Below are positions 1 through 8,205 of a stretch of 36,757 bases of DNA, one piece after another. The notes below the pieces were generated by a model. That model saw only the letters and a list, made by a program, of their open reading frames with translations. It ran no database searches and was not told the origin of the DNA. How positions within the stretch are numbered: position 1 is the stretch's first letter; every line of letters starts with the position of its first letter. The translations under genes were made by a program, and so were the position numbers. The DNA comes from Methanobacteriota archaeon (GTDB lineage: Archaea; Thermoplasmatota; Poseidoniia; Poseidoniales; Poseidoniaceae), in contig JABIGM010000001.1 of assembly GCA_018650165.1 (NCBI GenBank), positions 1 to 36,757 on the forward strand, in the 5' to 3' direction.

Positions 1-715
1 CCAGCCTTCCTTCGAATACTCCACCAATTCCTCGTAGAGCAGTAGCAGTAATGACCCCTTCAGGAGCCGCACCAATTCCTAGGAGCATATCGTATGGTCC
101 ATCCGGTCTTGCTGCCCATATTGCAGCAGATACATCTCCATCACCCATCAGGTGTAATTGAGCGCCTGCTTCTCGTATTTCTTTGAATAAATCAGAATGC
201 CTCTCTCTATCTAGTGCTACAACTTTGACTTCCGACATGGGCTTGTCAAGTACATATGCCGCTTGTTCTAGATTGTAGGTTACCCCTCCATCAAGGCTGA
301 CATGGCCTGCTAACTCAGGGCCAGCAGCAATTTTATCCATGTAACAGTCTGGTGCATGGAGTAGTGTTCCTCTGGGCGCTGCTGCTAATACAGCAATAGA
401 GTTAGGTGAATTATCAGCGCAGTTGTTAGTACATTCTAGTGGGTCGACTGCAATGTCAATTTGTAGCGCGCCCTCGATACCTACTTGGTTTCCAAGTTCT
501 TCACCAATGAATAGCATAGGTGCTTCATCTCTTTCACCTTCACCAATAGCGACCCTGCCATCGAAAGGGACTTTGTCGAATGTACGACGCATAGCCTCTA
601 CAGCGGCAGCATCAGCAGCATTCTTGTCGCCTAAACCACGCCACTCGGCGCTTGCTATTGCCGCTTGGTCAACGGCTTCTAGGAAGTGGTGTGCTAGGTC
701 AGCAGTACGTGCCAT
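1..715 (-). CDS. glpX: Class II fructose-1,6-bisphosphatase (GlpX family), 3' end outside window
   Basis: Manual translation from ATG 715: MARTADLAHHFLEAVDQAAIASAEWRGLGDKNAADAAAVEAMRRTFDKVPFDGRVAIGEGERDEAPMLFIGEELG...GVITATALRGIGGVFEGRL. GEGERDEAPML is the GlpX signature. No stop before the window edge, so absent from the ORF track. Alternative in-frame ATG at 742. Confidence 0.93.
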   Translation of the reverse strand, partial: MARTADLAHHFLEAVDQAAIASAEWRGLGDKNAADAAAVEAMRRTFDKVPFDGRVAIGEGERDEAPMLFIGEELGNQVGIEGALQIDIAVDPLECTNNCADNSPNSIAVLAAAPRGTLLHAPDCYMDKIAAGPELAGHVSLDGGVTYNLEQAAYVLDKPMSEVKVVALDRERHSDLFKEIREAGAQLHLMGDGDVSAAIWAARPDGPYDMLLGIGAAPEGVITATALRGIGGVFEGRL

Positions 716-754
716 GTTGTGTGCGATACGCGTCCCCTCCATCAATCAAGCGGG

Positions 755-1204
755 TCATTCCGCTTTGTGTTTCTCTAGGACTACAATATCTGAAATGCGA
801 GTTTCAGGGTATTGTCCATCTTCATCTTTCTCAAAAGATTTGACCATGTCAAGCGCACACAGAAGGCCTGCTGCAACTCCGGTGAGTGCCTCCATTTCGA
901 TCCCAGTTCGATAATGAGCACTCACTTCAACAGTACAGCGGAGGGCTAAATTTTCCCAAGCCCAATCCACCTTACAACCTTCAAGAGGTATGGGGTGGCA
1001 ATGAGGTATGATTCTAGGGGTTTCTTTCACGGCCTGAATTGCAGCAATAGTAGATGCTTCAAGAACATCTCCTTTCTTGACATTTCCAGAAGAGATTGCA
1101 TCTTTTGATGATGATGAAAGGTGTACTAAACCGGTGGCTACCGCTTTCCTGTGAACAATCGGCTTTCCTCCAATATCTACTACTGCCTGGATACTCTTTT
1201 CCAT
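755..1204 (-). CDS. moaC: Cyclic pyranopterin monophosphate synthase
   Basis: Motifs VDIGGK, KKGDVL, IPHCHP, TGIEMEALTGV, DMVKS. Start trimmed to ATG 1204 (MEKSIQ), just after the moaE stop. Confidence 0.93.
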   Translation of the reverse strand: MEKSIQAVVDIGGKPIVHRKAVATGLVHLSSSSKDAISSGNVKKGDVLEASTIAAIQAVKETPRIIPHCHPIPLEGCKVDWAWENLALRCTVEVSAHYRTGIEMEALTGVAAGLLCALDMVKSFEKDEDGQYPETRISDIVVLEKHKAE

Positions 1205-1208
1205 TTTT

Positions 1209-1634
1209 TCACCCCAATCCTGCTTTCCATGATGCCCCACTAGGCTTGACTTCTTTTTTCCACAGAGGGGCTTGCCGTTTCAGTTCATCGATTAACCAAG
1301 AACATCCTTCAAACGCTTCTTTTCTATGAGGGCTAGCAACATGTATTGCAACAATATTCTCTCCAGGCCCGACAATTCCAGTTCGATGGGACATAGCAAC
1401 TGAGTGTAGAGCAAAATTCCCGATGGCGTTTTGTGCTAACGTTTGGAGGGTGTCTGATAATTTATCCTGCCAAGCATCGAATTCTAGTCGAAGTACTTCT
1501 TCACCTTCATCCATTCCCCTAGTAATTCCTACAAATGAAACAATTGCGCCACAACCATCTGTATTCAAGTGTGAACGTAATTCCTCAGTATCGAGGCCTT
1601 CAGGGGCTTCTTGGATGAAAATATGCCCCTGCAT
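1209..1634 (-). CDS. moaE: Molybdopterin synthase catalytic subunit
   Basis: GAIVSFVGITR, LEFDAW, HRTGIVGPGENIVAIHVASPHRKEAF, LKRQAPLWKKE. Start trimmed to ATG 1634 to avoid overlap with the divergent gene. Confidence 0.92.
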   Translation of the reverse strand: MQGHIFIQEAPEGLDTEELRSHLNTDGCGAIVSFVGITRGMDEGEEVLRLEFDAWQDKLSDTLQTLAQNAIGNFALHSVAMSHRTGIVGPGENIVAIHVASPHRKEAFEGCSWLIDELKRQAPLWKKEVKPSGASWKAGLG

Positions 1635-1688
1635 AATGAGTCCCAGAACAGCCGCATCCTTGAAACCATCCTCGGCCATGAGAATACC

Positions 1689-2921
1689 ATGGCGGACGAT
1701 GACCCAATCCATGTCATGGGGGCGGGCCTTTCCGGTCTTGCCGCTGCCATAACACTGGCTAAGGCGGGTGTTGAAGTTCATGTACATGATATCCGAGAAG
1801 ATTCAGGTAAACGCTTTGATGGCGATTTTCAAGCACTAGAAAATTGGTCGATGGATGTTGACTTTTTCGACCAACTACGTTCATGGGGATATGATCCAAG
1901 TGAATTCAAAGCCACCGAATTTAAAGTGGTAGATTTAGTCCATCCTGATGATAAAATTACAAAAACACAATCTCCTAAAACCGCTTATCGGATTGTTGAG
2001 CGAGGAACTTCTCATGATACAATTGACCAGGGCTTCAAGCGTATGGCCATTGCGGCAGGCGTGAACCTACATTACAAAAGCCGAGTAAAAGAAGAGGATT
2101 GCCAAATAATTGCATGTGGTCCAAAAGGGACAAGTGCGGTTGCTTATGGTGAGATATTCCATACACGTCATCCAAACCATATCGCATTCCAACTGAATGA
2201 TAAATTAGCACCTGGAGCTTATTCGTATATGATTATCATCGATGGCGTTGGCCTAATTTGTACTTGTTTGTGGCGTAAGCAGAAAGGTAGCGAGAGATTC
2301 CTCAATGAGACAATAGCATGGTACCAAGAACATTATCCCGATATTGATATGAAACCAGTAAAGAGAGTCGGCGGCAAGGGTGATTTTACTATTAACAAAA
2401 ATTATTTCCAAGACGGGCGATACTATGTTGGCGAATCCGGGGGTTTACAGGATTTCATGTGGGGCTTTGGAATGAGGATGGCGGTATGGTCTGGTCATTT
2501 AGCAGCACAAGATATTCTTGGAAAGTGCAATTACGAAAAAGAAGTTAGAAAGCAACTGATGCCATATGTTCGAACCTCGGTTAGTAATCGCTTCTTGATG
2601 AACCGGGTAGGGAATCGGATGTTCAAATTCATGTGTAATTCGTGGGTGAAGAGCCAATCGAAGAAGGGTGACGGATTAATTTGGATTGGCAAATTGTTCA
2701 GACCAAAATGGTACAAAACAATGCTGTATTACATAGTCAGCCCATTTATGCTCAAGCCAGATTCGAAAGCGATGGGAAGAGGGGTGCGTCGTTTGCCATT
2801 TAGGAAAGCAAAGAAGAGGGATGTTTGGAAACAATCAGAAAACGCCCAGATGGTTGGTGAAAGATGGAATCACGTTAGACGCTCTGGTGGCAATACCTCG
2901 TTTGACGAATCTAGCGATTGA
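1689..2921 (+). CDS. NAD(P)/FAD-dependent oxidoreductase (geranylgeranyl reductase-like)
   Basis: Rossmann motif IHVMGAGLSGLAAA, PGAYSY (PGGY-like), YYVGESGG (GDAAG-like), WGFGMRMAVWSGHLAA. Start trimmed to ATG 1689. Substrate unknown. Confidence 0.85.
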   Translation: MADDDPIHVMGAGLSGLAAAITLAKAGVEVHVHDIREDSGKRFDGDFQALENWSMDVDFFDQLRSWGYDPSEFKATEFKVVDLVHPDDKITKTQSPKTAYRIVERGTSHDTIDQGFKRMAIAAGVNLHYKSRVKEEDCQIIACGPKGTSAVAYGEIFHTRHPNHIAFQLNDKLAPGAYSYMIIIDGVGLICTCLWRKQKGSERFLNETIAWYQEHYPDIDMKPVKRVGGKGDFTINKNYFQDGRYYVGESGGLQDFMWGFGMRMAVWSGHLAAQDILGKCNYEKEVRKQLMPYVRTSVSNRFLMNRVGNRMFKFMCNSWVKSQSKKGDGLIWIGKLFRPKWYKTMLYYIVSPFMLKPDSKAMGRGVRRLPFRKAKKRDVWKQSENAQMVGERWNHVRRSGGNTSFDESSD

Positions 2922-2951
2922 CTCATTAAGCCGACCCTATTGGCAGAAAGT

Positions 2952-3815
2952 ATGAGCGACCTATACGGACTCAAACTTGAACCAATGCCAAACCGTCTAG
3001 TCAACTATGGTACCACAGACAACGGTGTCGCAGTAATCGAATTAGCATCAGACTCTGCAGGTGCTCCTCTAGAAGGAGATGCTATGGGTCCTAACACTTA
3101 CACACACGGAATGATGTGCGATATTGATACTGCAGTTATCAAAGCACGTTTCGATGATAATGTTACAGTGATTGTAATCACTGGAAACGGTGCTAAGTTC
3201 TTCTCCGCAGGGGCATCTATCCAGATGCTAAACAGCGTAACTCCTGGTTTCAAGTACAATTTCTGTCTTCACGCAAACGAAACACTATCTCGTTTCGAAC
3301 AGACATCTAAGTTGGTAATTTGTGCAATGAACGGACACGCTGTTGGTGGCGGACTTGAAATCGCAATGGCTGCAGATATCAGAATCGCTCGCAAGAATGC
3401 AGGAAAGGTTGGACTTCCAGAGATCAACCTTGGTGTTCTAGCAGGAACTGGTGGAACCGCTCGCCTCACTCGCCTAATTGGTAAGGCTAAGGCTCTAGAG
3501 ATGATGGTTACAGGAGAACTAATGTCCTTCGAAGACGCAAAAGATTGCAACCTAATCAACCACATTTGGGAAGGAGACGCTGATGAATTCCGCCGAGACG
3601 TCCTAGATTGGGCTAGCCAATTCACTCTGCCAAACAAGGCAACAAAGGCTGTTGGAAACATCAAGCGTTCTTGCCAGACTGGTCCAGAGATTCCATTCGA
3701 GTATCATCTGGCACTTGAGCGTGAACTACAGGCTGCTCTATTCGGTAGCAGCGATGCTAAGGAAGGCATCGCAGCATACGTCGAGAGAAGAGTCCCGAGT
3801 TTCGAAGGCAAGTGA
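2952..3815 (+). CDS. Enoyl-CoA hydratase/isomerase (crotonase) family protein
   Basis: FFSAGASI, MNGHAVGGGLEIAMAADIR, GLPEINLGVLAGTGGT, C-terminal DAKEGIAAYVERRVPSF. TTAAG box about 25 nt upstream of ATG 2952. Confidence 0.93.
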   Translation: MSDLYGLKLEPMPNRLVNYGTTDNGVAVIELASDSAGAPLEGDAMGPNTYTHGMMCDIDTAVIKARFDDNVTVIVITGNGAKFFSAGASIQMLNSVTPGFKYNFCLHANETLSRFEQTSKLVICAMNGHAVGGGLEIAMAADIRIARKNAGKVGLPEINLGVLAGTGGTARLTRLIGKAKALEMMVTGELMSFEDAKDCNLINHIWEGDADEFRRDVLDWASQFTLPNKATKAVGNIKRSCQTGPEIPFEYHLALERELQAALFGSSDAKEGIAAYVERRVPSFEGK

Positions 3816-3829
3816 ATATTAGCCATTGC

Positions 3830-3851
3830 ACTGCATTTGTGCAGTAGTTTT
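3830..3851 (+). terminator. Possible terminator hairpin after the crotonase gene
   Basis: ACTGCA-TTTG-TGCAGT stem-loop at 3830-3845 followed by AGTTTT, 14 nt after the stop codon. Confidence 0.4.
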
Positions 3852-3970
3852 CAAGCACACGAAACTGTGTTTTCTGTAAATTATAGTCGAAGATAAAAAC
3901 AAATTCCGGCAAAAATTCATTCCAATTCGGAACGATGTTTTGAAGTCCTAAAGCAAGGTCGCCAAGTTTG

Positions 3971-4900
3971 ATGGCGACCAAGTACCATGTCCCTGCTGAT
4001 GTTCCAGACGAGCTCATCGAGACTTTTATCGATAATATGGATGCAGCAACTTGTGGCACAGGTAAGATGAATTTATTTGCTTGCGACCAGAAAATCGAAC
4101 ATCTCAACGATGACTTCTACGATGGTGGAAAAAAGATTCCCCTGTCGTCAAACAATCCAGAACACCTGTTCGAAATTGGGGCGAAGGCACATGCGGACGG
4201 AACCATAGGCGTTCTAGCAGGACAACTTGGACTAATCTCGCAATATGCAAGAGATTATCCAGACCTTCCTTACCTCGTAAAACTCAACTCTAAATCTCAC
4301 ATGGTTGGGACAGAACAACGTGATCCAGTTTCTCAAGCACTTTGGGACTTAGATGATGTGGCAGCACTACTTCATAATGGAATTAATGTAGTTGGAATCG
4401 GTTATACTGTTTACATCGGTTCTGAATACGAGCATGATATGCTTACAGAGGCAGCAACTTTCATCCGTCAAGCACACGAAATGGGAATGATTTCAGTTGT
4501 ATGGATGTACCCTCGTGGTAAAGCGGTAAAGGATGAAAAAGATCCTCAACTAATCGCTGGTGCCGCTGGCGTTGCAGGATGTCTTGGTGCAGATTTCGCC
4601 AAAGTAAACTATCCGCGTGCATTTGAGGGAATGACACAAGCAAAAAGTCTTGGAATTGCTGCTGAAGCTGCCGGGCGCTGTGGAATTATTTGTTCAGGTG
4701 GAGGCTCACTGCCGCCAGAAGAATTCCTTGGAAGGCTAGTTGACCAGATGCAAATTTCAGGATGCCAGGGTGCGGCCACCGGAAGGAATATTCATCAAAA
4801 GACAACAGGCGAAGCGGTTAGAATGACTGCTGCATGTAAGGCAGTAATCTGTGATGGCTCTAGTTTAGAAGAAGCGCTTGCAATATTCAATGGACAATAA
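3971..4900 (+). CDS. Class I fructose-bisphosphate aldolase (DhnA/FbaB type)
   Basis: DQKIEH, YLVKLN, GYTVYIGSEYE, VWMYPRG, LGADFAKVNYP (Schiff-base Lys), SGG, GAATGRNIHQ. Confidence 0.92.
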   Translation: MATKYHVPADVPDELIETFIDNMDAATCGTGKMNLFACDQKIEHLNDDFYDGGKKIPLSSNNPEHLFEIGAKAHADGTIGVLAGQLGLISQYARDYPDLPYLVKLNSKSHMVGTEQRDPVSQALWDLDDVAALLHNGINVVGIGYTVYIGSEYEHDMLTEAATFIRQAHEMGMISVVWMYPRGKAVKDEKDPQLIAGAAGVAGCLGADFAKVNYPRAFEGMTQAKSLGIAAEAAGRCGIICSGGGSLPPEEFLGRLVDQMQISGCQGAATGRNIHQKTTGEAVRMTAACKAVICDGSSLEEALAIFNGQ

Positions 4901-5005
4901 TCATTGAACCATGCCGCAAGACGAACAGATACTAGCTACGACTAAGCCGCCACAAAACATACAAATGCCAGTATCACTAGCGATTGTAATTTTCATTTTG
5001 ATCAA

Positions 5006-5332
5006 TCAGTTACGCCTGATTAGATCGTTTGTCTGGACATTACCTTCAGAATCGATTAGAATTGGTTGACCCTCTTCCCATCCAGGGCAGTTATCAGAAA
5101 CCCATGTGCGTGTAGCCCATTCGCAGATGTCATATCCGCCAGAAAGAATTCCAGAGCGCTTGATGTATCCAACCTTTACGATGTCTTTGTCCTTAGAAAG
5201 TACATTACCAAGTTGCTGGCTGGTTGTGCCATGTCTCATTGTACCGTTGATGTGTTCAAGAATTTCGGCTGTATTTCGTGGGCGGTCACCAAGGAATTTC
5301 TTGATTTTTTCTCTAATGCGTACTGTCTTCAT
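5006..5332 (-). CDS. DUF3860-family small winged-helix putative nucleic-acid-binding protein
   Basis: MKTVRIREKIKKFLGDRPRNTAEILEHIN...TTSQQLGNVLSKDKDIVKVG...YDICEWA matches, from memory, the marine-metagenome DUF3860 family. Strong SD (AGGAGG) upstream. Confidence 0.85.
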   Translation of the reverse strand: MKTVRIREKIKKFLGDRPRNTAEILEHINGTMRHGTTSQQLGNVLSKDKDIVKVGYIKRSGILSGGYDICEWATRTWVSDNCPGWEEGQPILIDSEGNVQTNDLIRRN

Positions 5333-5403
5333 TGGCTTTTCCTCCTAGTCATTCGGCCGTTTCCTGTGTGTCGGGCGGGCCGTTAACCCTAAGGAGCGAA
5401 GCA

Positions 5404-5416
5404 GCCCATATAATCA
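5404..5416 (-). promoter_or_regulatory. TATA-box promoter of the DUF3860 gene
   Basis: GATTATATGGG on the minus strand. The same TTATATGG core lies upstream of cdc6 (12148-12155). Confidence 0.55.
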
Positions 5417-5602
5417 TTATCCCGACAAAGCCTTCCAAGTTACATTAACTAACTCGAAATAACGTACAAATAGCGGTTTCTTTGTTAAACCGAGTTTAAT
5501 AAATCCTTTCTCCAGTGGAAATGTGTAAGTAAATGTAACAAATTAATCTAAAGTAAGCAGTAATTTTGATATGTTCAGTGAGATTGGAGCGAATTGGTGA
5601 CA

Positions 5603-7876
5603 ATGGTGCGTAATCGAATACGGTCCACATACCAACGCAGAATCCTCGATTGGTTGGCTGATGGCGGTGGAACTGTAACCGAGGTATCTAATGCGCTTGG
5701 CCTGAGGATATCCCATGCTTCAGCAGCATTGAAACAATTGCGTAATTCGGGAGACGTCGTACGAGATGATCACAATATTAGAGGCTCCAGATATAGATTA
5801 ACATCACAGGGGCTATCACGATTCGAATCAGATGGTCTCGCTAGATTAACTGAATTGGTATACTGGCCACCTCCACCCGGGGCGGCAGGAATTGTGCTTG
5901 CCAGAGATGGCTCAATGTTACTACTTGGTTACGCATCTCAACCAGCTGGACCGTTACTTGGCTTACCCGAAAGGCCGATGGATGAAGAAAGTGGAGTAAT
6001 TGAAAACTCCACTGGAAATAAGGGGGACTCTATGTCTTGGCGTTGGGCTGTACAAAGAGGCGATGGGCCAATTTGGTGGGACCTTGAAACCCAACGTAGA
6101 GCAGAGGCTCCAACCGAAACAAGCCCTATGACGCTTACAGCTTGGATGGAGCGTCCGAAAGTGATGGGGATTGTTCGAGCACGAATACTAGAAGATTCGA
6201 TTCCTTGGCCACTAGGGGTCGGAAGTTGGTTCACTTCTTTGCCAGATGGGCATTGGCCAGTGCTACCTCAAGTTTTACGGGATGGAGATGCGGCAATAGG
6301 GAGGGCTGGAAACTCTGGTCCACAAGTTCGCCCAAGAGGGGGAATACACGCTAGATTGGGACGGAGGACCGACCGTTCACAGATTGCTAATACGGCTTCG
6401 AATAATGCATTGACTATTATTGATGGAGATTTATTGTCCAAACCACTAACGCCATTGCCAAAAGAAATCCTTAGGCACTGGTTAGAACTTATTCATCCAA
6501 GACTTGGTAAGAAATCAATAACTGAACGCTATACTAGATTACTTGCTGACATCAAATCTTCAGCATCTAATGCACTGACTCGGAGGGTACTGAATGATTT
6601 TCCTGGTCGGAAATGGACGAATTCGTTAGATGATTTTATCGACACCAGATTCATATCGCGAATTGGTGGTGAATCCGTTCTACGGTTTGCTTTAGAGATT
6701 AGTGAAAAACCAATAGTTTTCGATTGTAGATGGGCACTGAATGAAATATTAATCAAACAATTTACCAGTGATAGTCGTTGCAGAATAATTATTTGTGAGT
6801 CTGCTGAAACCGACTTACCATTTGTCCTTACGTCGCTTGAAGGTAAAGGGAAATTCGATTTGGAAATGCCAGGGCGCTTGCATCTACCAATTAGTGTAAG
6901 TACTGAAATTCCAATTCCCAATGATTGGGTCGCTCCTAAATCACCACTTGAATTAGAACGTGGTGATATGTCAAAAGTAGATGATGCCAATAGTGAATTA
7001 GGGGCCATTTGGCAAGCGACTAGATTGAAACATGGAGATAGTGCATGGGCCGACCGCCATGAAAAAAACTACCCTCTAGCCTCTTGGATTGCTACGCCGG
7101 TAAGCGAACATGCGGCAAGATGGAGACGGATTGGAGGTAGTTTAAGCCCCAAATGGGCAAATCTGGCGGATCTGACAACCTTTGATGAAGAGGAACTTTG
7201 CGATTTGGCATTAGTTGAAGATGAGGCTCTTTCAATATTGATTGATAGAATCAGAGATAATCCACTCAACATCATTTCTTCAGATAAATCTCATCCTGCA
7301 ATTGCTACTGTAATTTTACTCAGCCAGGAATGGTTCGAGGAAACTATCGATGTCAATGAGGCGTGGCTATCTCAGCCATTGAGGCTCGGCGAGGTGTTGC
7401 GTAAGAATTGGAATAACCACAACATCTCGCTTTTGGTAACGGCCTGCCCCTTCCATTCATTACTTCTTGAAGATAAAAAATTGGATAGAGAAGATATCTT
7501 GGCAATAATGGAGGATGTACATTATTCCCTTTGGATTCAAAAGTCAGCATCTTGGTTGACCACCTGTCTCGCATCAACTATGGGTAGAAATGCGTTATCA
7601 ATGCTTAATCTACCTTGGCCAGCAATTCTGTACCAACAAAATATCTCTTCGGAAGATGTAACACTTGTTCACCACATGCCAGATGGAATTGGGAAAACTT
7701 CACTCTTAGATGTGCTAGATGGGATTCTTGCAGCCGAACAAGGGAAGCCACCTGCGCTTGGTCGCACACATCCGCTCGCAGGATGGTTATTCCAAAAGCA
7801 TGTGCCAATGGTACCTATTGAGAATACGGATGACCCAGATATACATCTTGCATTACACCGGCGCTTTCAACAATGA
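5603..7876 (+). CDS. Large protein with N-terminal winged-helix DNA-binding domain (ArsR/MarR-like) and uncharacterised C-terminal ~680 aa
   Basis: RILDWLADGGGTVTEVSNALGLRISHASAALKQLRNSGDV...RYRLTSQG is a typical wHTH. The rest is not recognisable. Confidence 0.75.
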   Translation: MVRNRIRSTYQRRILDWLADGGGTVTEVSNALGLRISHASAALKQLRNSGDVVRDDHNIRGSRYRLTSQGLSRFESDGLARLTELVYWPPPPGAAGIVLARDGSMLLLGYASQPAGPLLGLPERPMDEESGVIENSTGNKGDSMSWRWAVQRGDGPIWWDLETQRRAEAPTETSPMTLTAWMERPKVMGIVRARILEDSIPWPLGVGSWFTSLPDGHWPVLPQVLRDGDAAIGRAGNSGPQVRPRGGIHARLGRRTDRSQIANTASNNALTIIDGDLLSKPLTPLPKEILRHWLELIHPRLGKKSITERYTRLLADIKSSASNALTRRVLNDFPGRKWTNSLDDFIDTRFISRIGGESVLRFALEISEKPIVFDCRWALNEILIKQFTSDSRCRIIICESAETDLPFVLTSLEGKGKFDLEMPGRLHLPISVSTEIPIPNDWVAPKSPLELERGDMSKVDDANSELGAIWQATRLKHGDSAWADRHEKNYPLASWIATPVSEHAARWRRIGGSLSPKWANLADLTTFDEEELCDLALVEDEALSILIDRIRDNPLNIISSDKSHPAIATVILLSQEWFEETIDVNEAWLSQPLRLGEVLRKNWNNHNISLLVTACPFHSLLLEDKKLDREDILAIMEDVHYSLWIQKSASWLTTCLASTMGRNALSMLNLPWPAILYQQNISSEDVTLVHHMPDGIGKTSLLDVLDGILAAEQGKPPALGRTHPLAGWLFQKHVPMVPIENTDDPDIHLALHRRFQQ

Positions 7877-8178
7877 GTAGCGCTCGCAACGACTTGACCG
7901 CACATGCAACATCGCACGGAGGGCGCAAGCCCGATGAACTGCGATACCAATGATGTGGTCACGTGCCATCGACGAAGACCAGGGTGACTCCTCGGAGAAT
8001 GACCTCTGATGCAAACCGATGGACAATGTGGTCGGTAATGGGTCCTCGCTGGACGAGAGAGTGAGAGTGAGACAACCAACCGGCTGCACAGATAAGCCCT
8101 GACCCTGGGTCAAGCCTCCGAGGAGACAGTGACAGGGGCTGTTACGGGTCGGGGCACAGCTTTCTTTGCGATTCATTG
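7871..8178 (+). ncRNA. Unidentified ~300-nt GC-rich structured RNA candidate
   Basis: About 59% GC over 7921-8160 (hand count), visibly above the flanking genes. No credible ORF. Nested helices including a perfect 10-bp 7988-7997/8116-8125, terminal pairing and a GCAA tetraloop. G-U pairs favour the + strand. Confidence 0.55.
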
Positions 8179-8205
8179 AATAGCCATCCAAATCCAGTCG
8201 ATTGC

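Noticed and set aside
423-914. 163-aa plus-strand ORF
   Set aside because: Antisense shadow of glpX/moaC; Ser/Ala-rich with no motif.
7873-7953. 26-codon ORF with ATGA overlap and possible UGA (Sec) read-through
   Set aside because: The read-through product is not protein-like, stops again soon, and no Sec machinery is evident; the SelB-like gene is degenerate.
7871-8178. Naming this element SRP RNA, RNase P RNA, a C/D-box sRNA or a MITE
   Set aside because: SRP helix-8 and RNase P CR-I/CR-V motifs not found. C- and D-like boxes are too far apart. No target-site duplication or second copy in the window.
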